Shown: one piece after another, positions 45,925-59,740 of the stretch
Layout of the letters: each line of letters starts with the position of its first letter
Numbering within the stretch: position 1 is the stretch's first letter
Origin: an uncultured virus (IMG/VR IMGVR_UViG_3300049043_000106)
Lineage: Duplodnaviria; Heunggongvirae; Uroviricota; Caudoviricetes
Virus record (IMG/VR): IMGVR_UViG_3300049043_000106
Length of the DNA stretch: 64,000 nucleotides
Direction: 5' to 3' (one strand)
Translations under genes and position numbers: made by a program
Notes under the pieces: model-generated
What the model saw: only the letters and a program-made list of their open reading frames with translations
The model's database searches: none
What the model was told of the DNA's origin: nothing

Positions 45925-46365
45925 ATAGGAAAGTTCGACCTCAGGTTATGGCTGAAATTCAAAAGTTAATTCAGAGAAGTTTACTTTTGAAGCATGTACT
46001 AATATTAGTGGTACTAATTGTGTCCTTCCTGGTTTACCTAGGGCACACTCTGCAGATAGTTTCTTTGAAAAAGATCTAGCAGGACATTGTGTATGGATGA
46101 ACCCACCATTTGCTGATCCTGAAAGGTTTGTGGAGTACTATAATTTACAGAAGTTAAAGTCTCCACATAACACCAGTTGTGTTTTCATAATACCAACTAG
46201 ACAGAGAGGTCAGTTGAATAGGTATCTACAGGGTTGGAAACTAATTAAAGACCTATGCACCATTGACCGAACTCTTTGAAAGACCTAAAGATGATCTTTG
46301 CTTAGAGTATGAGGCTATGCCTCCCTTTGCATATGGTGTAGAGGTATGGTATGATGCACCTGTGC
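45925..46365 (+). CDS. Dam-like DNA methyltransferase domain of element D (frameshifted)
   Basis: RKVRPQVMAEIQKLI..EKFTFEACTNISGTNC..DSFFEKDLAGHCVWMNPPF (NPPF at 46100-46111)..TSCVFIIP..GVEVWYDAP. Confidence 0.8.
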
Positions 46366-46399
46366 ATAACCCCCATGTATGGGCTGTATCAGACTTCCT

Positions 46400-49300
46400 T
46401 GATAATAATAAACCCCGTTTTGTTGTCAAGGGTACTGTTGGTCTTAGTAAAGCGGATGTTCCAGTCGCAGAGGGTAATATACTCTTTGACACAGGAGCAA
46501 CTAGTTGTTTTGTAGATTCCTTCTGGTTGTCCTCTTGGAAACCTGACTATAAAAAGAAATTAAAGCACTGTGACCAGTCTTTACAGTTGGCTAATGGTAC
46601 TAAGCAGCAGATTGAGGGTTTGATTAGGTTAGGTATTAAGTTGGGGAACTATGCTGGGTCTGTACTGTGTTATGTTGTAGATCTAAGGAGTTACAATGTC
46701 ATCCTTGGGATAACGGTTAAAGGAAAAGAGGTCTTTCATTGACTACACTACTGAGACCATTGTAATTCACCAAGGTAAAAAGCGATACACGATCAATCCT
46801 AATCGCATACTTCAGCCACAAGATGCTACACAGCGAACCACTCCGGGTAAAACTGGTGTGTCTATGCTGTCTGCCTTGCAAGCTTAAGCGTGCTATGAGG
46901 AAGGGTTGTGAAGTCACTGTGATATTAGTTTTCCTGAAGATCCACAACTTAATGCAGCTAAAATGTCACGGGAGGATGTCATTGATGCTATTAACCAGAT
47001 GGATAGAGAAAGACTTGATGCATATCTGTCAGAATGTTATTGACATCTTTAGAGATCCTCCTGGGTATGCATGTACCGAACGTGACATTAATGTACCGCA
47101 CACTATACCTTTGCCACATGGGCATGTACCTCCATATGGTCCTAGGTATAGGCATACTCCGATAGAACGTGAAGAACTTGAGAGACAGGTTACAGAGGGT
47201 ATTTCTAAGGGTATTATTGAACCTAGTTCAGCACCCTATGGGTCCCCTGTAATCTTTGTAAAGAAAAAGGACGGCTCTCTCAGAATGTGCATTGACTATC
47301 GGGCACTCAATAGGATAACCATAAAGAATAGGTATCCTTTGCCTAGGATAGATGACCTACTTGACCAAGTTAGTAAGGCAAAGTATTTCACCTCACTTGA
47401 CTTGGCTAGTGGTTATCACCAAATTAGGATTCGTCCAGAGGATGTACCTAAAACATCTTTTAGTACACCCTTCGGGCATTTCCAATGGAAGGTGTTAATT
47501 GAGGGTCTAACCAATGCACCTGCTACATTCCAGCATTTCATGAATGAGGTATTCAAAGACGAGATGCATAAGTTTGTGGCAGTATACTTAGATGACATTC
47601 TCATCTATAGTAATTCTGAAGAGGAGCATTATAAGCATGTTGAGCATGTTCTTAACAAGCTCAAGGCTAATAATCTCTTCCTCAGGTTTGACAAATGTTC
47701 ATTCTTTAAGAGGGAGGTTAAATACCTTGGTCACATCATTGATGAGCATGGTATTAGGCCAGATCCTGATAAAGTTAGGGGCGGTACAGGATTGGCCTCC
47801 ACCTAAAAATGTACCAGAACTGAGGTCTTTTCTGGGGTTAACTAACTACTTTAGGAAGTTTATAAGGGGTTACAGTCAGTACACGTTCCCCTTAACTCAG
47901 TTCCTGAAAAAGAGTACTACGTGGGCATGGCTTCCGCCTTGTCAAACGGCATTTGAGTTCTTAAAGAAAGCTTTAATCACTGCACCTGTTCTTACACATT
48001 ATGATCCTGAGGGTAACCTTGAAGTCATCTGCGATGCCTCCAAAGTCGCTCTTGGTGCTATCTTAATGTGTAACGACAAGCCGAGTCGCATACGAGAGTC
48101 GTAAACTATCTCCAAGCCGAAATGCGATATGACATCGGGATCAGGGAACTACCTTGCAGTAGTTCATGCCTTGAAAGTCTGGAGACCGTATCTTGATGGT
48201 GCGTGCTTCAAGCTTGTCACGGATCATGAACCTAATACGTACTTGAAGAACATTGCTAATTAGGACTGATAGACAAGCTCGATGGAACCAGAGGATAGAG
48301 AGATTCTCCTATTCCTGGGTCTATCGTAAAGGGGTTGATAATATTGCTGATCCCTTGAGTCAGGATGCCGGAGTGTAATGCGATCACACGGCTTATGCTT
48401 AAAAGAAGTTCTTTACCTGACAGGATGAGGACTTGGTAGGTCCTACACCTATTCCTGCATCTGGGTTACCCAAACCTAAGAAAGCAGATATATAAGAAAC
48501 CTGCAACTTCCATCAAGACCTCCAGATTTTAGGAAGGCATATTCTAATCCTGCATGGGCTGATGAGAAAAGGATACCACATATAAAAAGGGTCATAACGA
48601 CTATTGGTATCATGGGGACAAGGTAGTAGTCCCTTCTCATTCAGCATGTAAAGACCTTAGGGAGTCTCTAATATCTGAGCATCATGATACTCCTTTGTCG
48701 GGTCACCAAGGTCTTAGGAGAACTTTGAAATCTCTAGGTAGGACGTTTCACTGGAAGGGTATGTACGCAGAAGTAAAGCAGTACATTGACGGGTGTTATG
48801 AGTGTGACATCAGTAAAAGTTCCACTCAGAGACCCACAGGTCTATTGGATCCCTTACCAGTACCTCCTGCACCTTGGGAATGGATGAGCATGGATTTTTG
48901 TACCGGTTTCCCATGTACAGTAGATGGTTATGACTCCATCATTGTCTTCGTAGACATGTTGACCAAGTTGGTGCATATCAGACCTTGTACTAAGAAAGGT
49001 CTTGATGCATTCAAAGTTGCTACACTCTTTGAAGAAGAGGTTATTAAGCATCACGGGGTTCCGCGTCACATTGTTAGTGACAGGGACTCAGTACTTACTA
49101 GTAATGCATGGAAAGAACTGGTTAAACGTCTTAACAGTAAGTGTAACTACAGTACTGCTTATCATCCTCAGACTGATGGGCAAGACTGAGAGATTCAATA
49201 GGAGTATTGAGGAATACCTTCGTTGCTTCATTGCTCCTGACATGTTGAACTGGTCGTCTTTACTTCCTTACGCAGAGTTCGCTCTGAACGACCATGTTCA

Positions 49301-49923
49301 CGCTGGTACCCAACACACTCCTTTCTTTTTGACTTATGGGTATCATCCGACGAAACCGATCGACCTTGCACTTGGTTTGGCACCTGAGTCTAAGGATGCT
49401 AAACTCAGAGCTGACGAGTTGCACAAGGCACTCGAGCTCGCTCAAAAACTTTTGTCTGACTATAAGAGTCGCATGAAGCAACGGGCTGACAAAGCTCGTA
49501 AGGACTGGACCTTTGTGCCAAATGATAAGGTGTACTTGTCAAGTAGAAACTTCTCTTTCAAGTACGGTACTAGAAAGCTTTTACCCCGGTGGCTTGGTCC
49601 CTATCTAGTGGAGGGAGCTGTGGGCAAGGTGTCCTATAAGTTAAAACTCCAAGACGGATGGAAGATCCATCCAGTTTTCCATGCAAGTTTACTCAAGCCT
49701 GTATTCGATCATACCAGGTACAAGATCCCTGAACCCACACGTACTGATGCTGACGGCATCCCTCGAGTGGGAGATCACTCATGTGTTAGACCACAGGGGT
49801 CAAGACGAAGGGCGTACTGAGTACCTCGTAGCATGGAAGGGCTTCGGGCCAGAGTGCCTACGATCGGCGGCCGAGAAGATCGAGCTGCCAGGCTCGCACT
49901 ATACTGCGCAAGTACTGGAGTAA
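46400..49923 (+). pseudogene. pol: Pol of element D (PR, RT, RNase H, integrase, chromodomain), frameshifted
   Basis: [64 protein letters not shown]. Confidence 0.93.
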
Positions 49924-50139
49924 AGTAGAGGCTAACCCTGATGTTGGCTCTCACTGAACCGGGATAGGGTCCACTCACTTGTATCCCTGGTTATGATAAG
50001 AACTGTGTGAGGCATGTAGCCTACAAGTTCTGGGTGAGGTGACACGTTGTTGCCAAAAGTCCCGGGTTGAGGTAGCACTGGCTAGCCAAGTATACCCACG
50101 GGTGTATCCTCCTCAGAGGAACCCCAATGTACAATATGG

Positions 50140-50530
50140 TCGTTGACATTCAGAGTGGAAAGTCGAGTGTTAGACCTGGCCTGGTTGGACACACTCGCTA
50201 GCTGGAAAGCTATGAGAGCGATGATACGAATGTCAACTGTGTACCTGGTAATCCTATGTAGTACAACGTTCAATTGTACGAGTACTCAGCGGTATAGCTA
50301 CTATTCCTGCCTGCTGACGAGGGCTCTGTTCGTATTGATGGGGCGTAGTTGAGCAAACTGGCACCACCGTGAGGTGATGGATAATCCAGAGGCTATACCA
50401 TGTGGCTACAATCAAAGGACTGTCATGATATGGCAGTGCCTTGTAAGCCGCCGCGATGATATTCGGACCGATGTCATTGGCATGAGCGCTGAGTGGGTAG
50501 GGTGAACCTCAACCCAGTGCTAGTCTGCGT
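50140..50530 (+). ncRNA. Conserved structured cis-RNA element in the 3' UTR (copy in D)
   Basis: Homologous to 26430-26885 and 59280-59740 with covarying stems. Confidence 0.55.
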
Positions 50531-51152
50531 ACACCTGGATGAATAGTCGGGATGGGACTATGCATCCTTGAATGTGTGGCTAGGGAAAGCAGCTTCCTAG
50601 TACACAGATGGGGAGGAATCCCTAGTCAGTATGAAGTGGTCTTCATGATGCCACGTCTGACAAACTGGATGATCAAGATTGGAGATCACCATGAAGCTGC
50701 TGTGGAGATGTGGAGAAGTGTACTATAGTTAGTATGAGCATGACTGGTGGTTTTATTCCCAGAGGGTTTTCCCACCTTGACACAGGTTTTGACCCAAGTT
50801 CAGAGGGTGTGTTTTCCCTGTGCACTGCCAAGTATGAGGGCAGGTGAGTCATGGCTCAAAGACGTATGGGTATCATGCATTCACTCGGTACGATGGTTCC
50901 TGGGCTAGCTAGCTTGCATGATGTGGTGGTAAGTCCTAAGGTACCAGAGGGTAGGGTGAGCATTAAGTGTGACAATGTTCATAGGCCCCCACTCAAGTAC
51001 AATGAGATAAACCTGTTCTCCTGGTACCAAGGGAAACTGCCATCATGTTGTGTCTGTTGGTTAGGCTGGAACACTGCCTATGATGGGTGTGTGTGGACCT
51101 ATGTGTTTTATTTTGGGTGAGTCAGGGGTCTCACCACTAGGTGGGGGAGAGT

Positions 51153-51747
51153 TGTTAGCGACACCGTCCTCCAACGCCTAAACTCCCCCGCTCCTCTGTG
51201 AGTGGGCACGTGTGTCGTGTTAAGCCGTGGGACTCCGAGTGAGGGGCCACGTGCTTCGTGTGTACAAGGGCTCTAGGCCCAGGGGCACTAGGCTCCCTTG
51301 TTTATCCAAAACCGCAGGGCTCCTAGGACCCTTAGGAGTGACCCCAGAAGGGGCTAGGGCCGTGGGACCCGGCCGTTATCTCTTGAGAGTCCCTCGGGTC
51401 TTATGTTGACCCGTGTGGCCGTCGTCAGGGACCCACGGTGGGCTGTCTCGACGGTTCAAGGGGCCCTGGCCCCGGGTGTCCTCTTGGACCAGGATGGGAC
51501 CCTCTCACCGGCTCAGGTTTGACGCCGTCACGGTCCCCTTGGACCGGTGAGGGCCGTCGCCCGGGAGCTGCCCTCCGGCGGGCGGTAACCGGCGCTAGGC
51601 TTCTCCTTTGCCGCTTCTACTTAAGGTCCGGGTAGCTCTAGGGCACCGGCCTTGATCAAATCCGAAGGTCACGACGCTTGCCGAGGCAGGCGCCACTCCT
51701 GACGCGGCCAGGAGCTCCCCACCAACGTGAATTTCAGCTCATTAACA
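51153..51747 (+). repeat. 3' LTR of D
   Basis: TGTTAG after the PPT; probable end ...CATTAACA. Confidence 0.8.
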
Positions 51748-53827
51748 GAATAAGATCAGGAGAGACGAGTCTGCAATAACTAAGGCGGCCAAGAGAAGAG
51801 ACAGAGTATTCCCGCCCTGATAAGAGGCAAAGAACTTCAGGGAGTTGACGAGCCTTATACAGGTCTTCTAAAGGCCTGGTGCATGATGCAGGCTCTTGAG
51901 ATTGTCGAGTTTCTAGGGGAAAACATGCCTCACCTCAGCAGTGCTTCTGAGCCGGACAGTACTTGGAAACTGAAGAAGGAAGGAATCGTATTTCCGGGAT
52001 ATATGCCTAAGACTTCCTAATCTCCTTCTTTAAGGAGATACCTCAAAGTGACAGGCCTCAATCACCAGGTGGTATACCGTGTTCACGGCCTCAGCAAGAC
52101 CATTGTACTCTCCAGGAGGCTGATGTCCAAGTGCGAGTTAGGAGTGGTTCACTCTACAAGGTCACTTAAACCCAATCCAGTGCAAGCACGGCACTCCGAT
52201 ATGGAGATATCGCTATCACCAAGGAAGTAGTGTGTCATAGATCTCGCTGTGGTTTAGCCAACCACTTCGACAGGCTATGATACCTCCGGGGTATGAGTGG
52301 CACGTCCTGACCAAAGTTGGTACACTTGGTCTACCACTTGACGCTATTCAATACGTGGATGCGTGTCGGCAATGTCTTGCTACACTCCCAGAGCATCTCA
52401 ACACGTATTTCTCTGTTGGAAACAATTTGTTGCCAAATGCCTGTCACTTGGGAGGTGATGGCTGTGCAACATGCTTTCCAATCGTGCCAAACATTGGGAA
52501 AGACTCTTCTACGGGTGCCGAGTATACATTTCTTGGCGACACCCTGAGTCTTTATGATACTGGCTGTCTCCTAGTTCAGCTCCATTTCCTGGAAGTTGTC
52601 CCTCTCCACGATGGATAACCTTCCACTGGCAACCTATTCTAGGTGCTACCATTATACCACACGGAAGAGGAGGTCTATGGTTCACATGATGAACATGACC
52701 CCTACCTTTGAGCAACATCACTCCTTGAGTATGTTTGCTCTTAAGGCCCTTTTAACAGCGGACGGCTTACGCCTCTGCTTCCAGTTGAGATCTCCGGATC
52801 TTGGCAAAACTCACCTTGACTTGTGGGGTGTGGTGACGATCACCCCCACCTGTCCTTGGTGCACGTCTTTGCCTCCTCTAAAGGGCTGTCCTATACAAGA
52901 CTAGTGAAGCACTCTAGTGCCTCACCCCTTGGGGCCTGATGGCAGCGCTCCGGTCACCGGATTTGTTTGTCAAAATCCCGACGACCTGCCTCCCGTTTCC
53001 CGTGCTTGGTGCAAGAGGTCTTCATAAAGACCTGGCACGCTCTCCTCCATTTGGCCATCCTTGCAGGAACCAAGCGAGGGCGCTTGGAACTTGAAGGGGG
53101 GGGGGGTATGTAGCGTTCAGGGGCCATTTATGGATAATTCCTAGTGTGGGCCACCTATATGTGGCCACACGGGACCCTGTTAGCCTCTACTTGCGTATAG
53201 GGATACACGTGAGTCGGGCACGAGACTCACATCCCGCCTGGGAGATGGGTTGATCACCCATGGACCCAGAGTAGTCATGTGTGGGAGCCCATACTCGGGC
53301 TTGCTCCTTCGGGGTTTCACCCATGAGGTGTTTTACCCGAGGGGCACCTTGGCCTAGTACCGGCCAAGTACCCTAAACACGAATATCCACTAGATATTAG
53401 GGGCCTAGTACCCCAAGGGGGACTAGGGGGAGCCCTATAGTACCATATAGTATTATAAATACTATATGGTACCCTAAGACCCGTTAGCGGTAGCCGTTGG
53501 AAGCGACTACCCGGGCACTCTTACACACGAAGGTGTAAGAGTACCGACGATCGATCAATCGATCGATCGCCGGTCACCAAACCGGTAATTCACCGACCCT
53601 CGCTCCGAGCAGAGGAGCGAGGGCACGTGGCGGGTGGCCCCAGAGCCACACCCGGTCCGGGTACCCGGGTGTGCTCTGGCCCTGGTCGAGGCGCGGTGCC
53701 AGGGACTGGTGGTCTTGGTATAAGACCACCAGGCGGCCTTAGAGGCCGCTCTCTTATTGTTTTTGGGTTCTTGCTTGTTTGTTTAGGTTTAGTTACCGTC
53801 CGGGGCCCCGAGGCCCTGGACGCTACA
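51748..53827 (+). mobile_element. 3' end of LTR element F (decayed interior, PPT, LTR)
   Basis: GAAGGGGGGGGGGG PPT at ~53093-53106, followed by an LTR with 14-bp inverted termini. Confidence 0.75.
53109..53827 (+). repeat. LTR of F
   Basis: TGTAGCGTTCAGGG ... CCCTGGACGCTACA inverted termini. Confidence 0.85.
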
Positions 53828-54145
53828 TACGCCGAACTTGGTCAACGAGCGACCAGGGGCACCCGACTAGGGTTCTGAGGCGGTACCGAAGTACCTGCCG
53901 CTAGAAGTTGAAGCTAAGGGGCACGGCTCACCCGTGTGGCCGGCCCCTCTCCCTCTGCTCTGCGCCACCGGCACGGAGGCTAGCCGGTGGATGCGGCGAG
54001 GGTTTTTCTGAAACCCTAGAGTGTAGTTTTGAGGGTTTTACCCTTACAACCCTAGGTGAGAGACCCGGGGGGTTAAGGGGAAGATTTTGAGAAATTAGGG
54101 TTTCAAAACCCTAAGACCCAGGGGCCTCCATTCGTGTTTTCATGG

Positions 54146-54760
54146 TTAAGCCGGCCTCCGGGCTTGGCGAAGCCATGCAGAAATTTTCCAGAATCAAGCA
54201 GTTAGCGTTTCTCGGCATTCAACGGCTTCTAGTTTGAGTGTTTTACAATTAAGCCGGCCTCCGGGCCTGGCGAAGCCATGCCAAAATTTTGCAAACGGGT
54301 AGTATATGCTTCTTCGGCAATTTCAGGTTTGTCGGGAAGTGTGTTTCACAGTTAAGCCGGCCTCCGGGCCCGGCGAAGCGCATGCCCAAATTTTGCAGAT
54401 CTGTGTATCCCTTCTCTCGGCATATACAGGTTGTGTGAAAGTGATTTTCATGCTTAAGCCGGCCTCCGGGCCTGCCGAAGGCATGCAGAAATTTTGCCAG
54501 CATTTTGTATGCAATTACATGTGTTTGGCTATGTGTTTATCTGAGTTAAGCCGGCCTCCGGGCCTGCTGAACCTATGGCCAAAATTTTGTGAGTTGTGTT
54601 GTGATTTCAGCCCGGCGAGGAGCGGTTGGCTATTTACAGTGAGCCGCCCTCCGGGGCTGTCTAACCTATGCTCAAATTTTGAGTTCAGGGTTATGTTTTT
54701 CTGAGTTGTTTTCGGCTTATGGTTCGAGCTTATTCGATTAAGCCGGCCTCCGGGCCTCTG
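54146..54760 (+). repeat. Seven ~100-bp units with core TTAAGCCGGCCTCCGGG (B3)
   Basis: Core at ~54146, 54249, 54352, 54454, 54546, 54640, 54738. Confidence 0.9.
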
Positions 54761-57700
54761 CGAACCTCTGCCCAAATTTCTCTCGTGGAAATGAGGACTT
54801 CAATTACTTCATTCTTCAATGAATCCAGCAGTATGCATAGCGGGTAAGGGTCTGGTGGAAGCATTTGGCCCAAGCTTCAAAGACCCTACCTGGACTAGCT
54901 ATGATCCTGGAGGAGTGGAGTAAATCTCCAATTGATTAAATAGGCTACTTGCCTATTTCAAACAGTGAGTAAGGGATTTAGTGAGCTTGAATGGATATTG
55001 CATGTGCAATAGATCATTTGCAATCCATTCACTCATCCCTGTTTGAGGTATAATGTGATCTCCTTGCAGTTGAGCATGACATGCCATGCAGGTGACAGTT
55101 GCATCCCTGAGTGGTTGTGGCTGTGCCCCAGGGCAGCCATGATCCGGTTATGCTTGTGCCCCAGGGCAAGCTAACCATCATGTACTTCATGCAGTCATTT
55201 CACATCATTGTGAAATATAGGAACTTGCAAGTATGTGTCACCTCCTGAGTGAATTGAGCAGTTCTAGAGCCTTGTGGCCTAACTGCCAATATTCTCCAGT
55301 AGTGTATGATTTATAATTGGATCACTGATTGTACCTGAGTAAGAGTGGTGTGGTGATCTCAAGATCATTGCTATAACACCACCTTACCAAGTACAAGTAT
55401 CAGAAATGTAGGTTTGGGAATTGGTGACATTGTGGGGATAAAATTTTCCCCAATGATAGCCCACAGTACATGTGAACGGTAAGTGGGTTAGCTATGAGCA
55501 ACCTGCTTATATGTTCACCCAGATGGGGTTAAATACCTACCCAGTGATGTCACTATGAGCATTTCTGGGAATGGGTAGAACTTGTCAGTTCATAAGGGGC
55601 ACATATTTGCCCAATGAATAGGTCCTGGAGTAAGTCACCTTAAACAGTCTAGCCACGTGGCTAGCGGGTGCTTACCCAGGTGTCTTACCACTCAGAGTGG
55701 TTTGTTATACCTATGTGTTTATCCAGGTGTGTGCCTATACCGGCATACATCCAAATAGGAGAATATAGAAATTCTCGGGGCAGGGTAGTTCTGCTTCAGG
55801 ACCCCTTGTGCCTCACCTCCTAGGCGTGCTAGGAAACGTTGGGTCTTGGATGTTGGTGATCCTATACCCCAAGAAACGCCGACAGGCTATATCTAACCAG
55901 GACACAACGGTTAACGTTCACTGGCAATGGAAGACACAGGCTTCCAACCAGGCGAGAGACGTGAGAGTAGACAAAGAATAATGTTGAGAGTAGGAGTGAT
56001 AGTTTGAATCATCTCATAGGATGGGCTATTGCTCTTAGGATAAAAGTGTTGAGCGAAAAGCTCAGGAAACCCTTAGGATACCCTTAGGCTTAGCATACGG
56101 TATGCATAAGCATGGGTATGGGTTTATAATGGGAGTTAGGTGGTCAGTGAGTTAGCAGTAACTCGAAGTAATTAGGCCACCAATACCCAAGCAAGAGAAT
56201 TGTCTCTGAGCTCGTAGAAGCTCACAAGGAGCAATCTCTTAGGGTGGTGATTTGAGTAGGAGTATGTTATTACCTCCTGTGTCACCTCACCTTAGATAGG
56301 TGATGATCTTCTCTACTCCCTAAGCAGGTGTCTTCTCGGAAGACCCTGGGTCCGTGTTGTGCTTGTGAATCCTTTCCAGGTGCAATACAGGTTATTGGGC
56401 AATGGGCATATATAGGCCAGAGCTTATGCAAGTCTTGCTTTCTTGATTGCTTGACTTGTATGATAGAGGTGCTTCCGTGAAGTGCCTATGAGTATGTCTC
56501 AAGGTTTGAGACCCGAGTACCCCTTTCAGGTCACGATGACCTTGTCTACTTGAGCACGAGAGGACGGTTGTCCTAAGTGCATGTATAAGCTTGCTTACCC
56601 TGAGCCAATGTCCTTTGACAAGGCATACTCATGGGTTAAAAGGGAGTGAACACCTTAGTTCACTAACAAGTAAAGAGCATGGGTATCCAAACCAGCATGG
56701 GTACTCATGAGTAAAGGTGTTTCATGAGTCTGAGTCGTGAAGTTATGATATATGAGTACTCTACGTATATAGAGTACAGAGGAACCACGTTGGTTCTCTT
56801 GAGAAGTATAAGTTGTTTGGTGTCAAGTACCGGACAATGCAGTGTTATACAAGAAGAGGTATTGTGTGGTCTCTCCATGTGATGTCTCTTGAGTAATCAC
56901 ACCTATGTCTATAGGATGTGGTTGAGGTATTTTGTGAGAAGCTCCACTCATAGGGCGGTCTTGAAGGTTCGTCTATGAGAGAGTCACATGTGTATATTGA
57001 TAGGTCAGTCTCAATGAGGTTGGTCTATGAAAGACCATTGGTGTATACCTATATACATCAAGGTGATATTTATAAGATGTCGACAGATGAGTTCGATCAG
57101 ATTCAAGTTGTTGAAGATGTCAAAGATGAGTGTTATCCTCGTGGATAACGATACTCAATGGTCTAGTGACTACTTGGTTATTCGGTATAATCAAGGTCAT
57201 AGGAACTGGTATCAAGTTCCAGTAGTGAGTCCAGATGAGTCATGAGTGTTGGTTTATGGACAGATTATCTGAGGTATCAATGAGTTGACTATGGGTCTTA
57301 TCCCTATGGTCTTGAGTCAAGGTGTTATGAGTGACAAGGTCGTAACCTACTCATGACACAAGTTATGTGTGATGTAAGGTCAAGACATTTGTCTTAACAA
57401 ATGCTACCAAGACAATGTGTGTCATCACGAGAATGTGTCAAGCATATGGTCAAGTATGTCTATGACACGAATGGTTAGGTATGGTTGTGACACGAATAAT
57501 ATCATATAGGTTATCCCTAGTCAATGGGATGCCTAAGTCAATAAGAGAGTATGGTATATCATGAGGTCCTCTCTTGTGAGTTGTCTCTCATGTATGTGAT
57601 GAGGATGGTTTGAGTCAAGTTCCGGTGGGTATAGCTGTCTTTTGACAAGACATACCCATGGTTCAAGTTAAGTGTCCGTGACTTAGGGATGTGTTTACCC

Positions 57701-59279
57701 TAAAGGTTCCACAAGTGGACAACACATGAGTACGGTATGTAGTCTTTTGTGGTTCATAGTCTGTTACAAAGGACACGAGGATATGTCACTTAGACAGGAG
57801 TGTCCTCAAGGTGTTCTTAAGTATGGAAGTATGTGAGTCCATGGACATGGTTACCTATACCAAGTAAGGTTTTACCATGTACCACGAGTTGAGAGTCTTA
57901 TCATGAGTTTGTCAGGTAACCAGAGAAGTGTAAGGATCCATCTTAGGATCTGAATGCTTCATGAGTATGTTCTGGAACATAAGTCAGCATGTAGCATGTG
58001 ATCTTCGGTTATTCATACCGCTGGTCATGTGTACATGTCATAGTCATAAGTGTTAAGAGAGTTATGAGTCTGGTAAGGAGTGTTCATGAGGTGTAACATG
58101 AGGAAACTTAACACTTTCTTCTAACGCATCTCGTGGATGCTCATGGTGTCTAAGTTGGTATGATATTACTTTTCTGTGAGCATACTACTTACGGTGTTTC
58201 AAGCGAAAGTGCCTTCGGGTACCCTATGCTCTAATGCTGTAAGGAGGATGTTAATGGGAAAGGCGTATCATCCGAGTTATGATATATGTCAATATGGTCT
58301 ATTGAGTCATGTGTGAAGTTGGGTTTGCATGGGTTGAAGTGCACCTCAAAGCATTATGCTAGATGGTATTTCCATACCGTCTAAGCAAGTATAGGTTATG
58401 CGACCGAGGTGTATACTTGTGGTGGATAGGTACCCACACAAAGATGCGGGTTTACACTGAGGTGTACTACCCATTGGGTATCAAAGTTCATAAGGAATGA
58501 TTTGCATACCAGGAATTATGAAGGGAGATACACCCACATCAAGCGGTACCTTGAAACCCTTGCTTACTACTGAGGTTAAAGGTATTAGGTCTTGTTCTTC
58601 AAGGTCTATGACCTTAGAGCTCCTGATGGAGGCTCTCCTCTTAAGTCGAGTGATGGTACCTGTTCTTAAGTCCGTCAGGTAAGACTGGTACTGTCCGAAG
58701 TCATGGGTTAAGTCAATGAGAACAGGGTAGGTTACCCCTGAGAGGGACATGTCACTGAGTTAGTCCCTGGAGTATGTGAGCTCCAAGAGTGTTGCTCATG
58801 AGCACGCTCTAAGTATGTACTTCCTCTGAGGCCCTTGTTCTCTACCCTGGTCCTTCTTTTGTGTTCACACTTTACGGACCTGTGGTACCTCTTTGCCTCA
58901 TGAAGTTTGAGTTATGATGACCATTAGGTAATGAGCAAAGTAGGAAAGTTATGGGACATGAGTCACCATGTGGCTCTTGCCAATGCTCAGAGCAAAGGCA
59001 GAGTGGTATGACCCCATCAGAGTCTAGGAGAGTGGTGTGAAGTCAGTGGGGTCAAAGAGATGCCGCCAGGCATATGTGAAGGTACCTGACGAGGTATCTA
59101 TGTGGTCACTGGTCAAGAGTGCTGTGTGATCAAGGAAGAGATCACTTCGTGTGACTCTTATGAGAGTAGTTAGGAGGATCCCTACTGCTCTGAGAAGCCT
59201 GAGTCCCCGTGACAAGAAGGCTGGCTGAAGTGGTCTGACACTGAAGCCGAGACCTACTGCAGAGGTCTAGAAAGAGAGA

Positions 59280-59740
59280 AGTGTTGGCACTCTTACAAGG
59301 AAAGTAGTGGTTGGCCTGGTCTGGCTATATCCACTCAATGGTAACACAGGGTTACCATGGAAGGTTAAGGAAAGGGAGGACGAGTGTCAGACTGCTATGC
59401 CTCGTAGTCCGATGTAGTATAGTACTCCTGGTTTCAGTGCTATGCGAATTCTAGTAGTGTGACCTACTATTTTGCACTGCTACCTGGGGTCCCTTGTGAG
59501 TATGGAGGGGTAGCTGAGCAAACTGGCACCACCGAAAGGTGATGGAAAATCCAGGGGCTACACAATGTGGCTTACAATCAGGGATGGAAGGTAAAATTAT
59601 AGTGGGTATAATCCGCCAGTTGAGGGTGGCATCCACTCCTTTGCATGCCCTGTAGGCCGCCGCGACAACGCTAGGATCGAGTGTTGTCTGAGTCCTGAGA
59701 ACGGTCAGGCTTTCCCTAGGCCCGTGCGGGTCCGCATCCT
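59280..59740 (+). ncRNA. Conserved structured cis-RNA element in the 3' UTR (copy in B3)
   Basis: Third homolog, with CACC-GAAA-GGTG hairpin at 59530-59541. Confidence 0.5.

Larger units (their letters stand above)
40889..51747 (+). mobile_element. Chromovirus-type Ty3/Gypsy element D carrying a Dam-like methyltransferase
   Basis: Related but diverged LTRs (40889-~41443; 51153-~51747), frameshifted gag-MTase-pol-chromodomain, PPT at ~51139-51151. Confidence 0.9.

Noticed and set aside
50140..50530. Hammerhead ribozyme or group I/II intron
   Set aside because: CTGACGA occurs only in this copy without a matching GAAA core, and I found no group I P/Q/R/S or group II domain V consensus by eye.
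54146..54760. CRISPR array (conserved core with variable spacers; also 20947-21530 and 29430-30048)
   Set aside because: The period is ~100 bp, the spacers are related to each other, there are no cas genes, and the array is internal to a eukaryotic LTR element.
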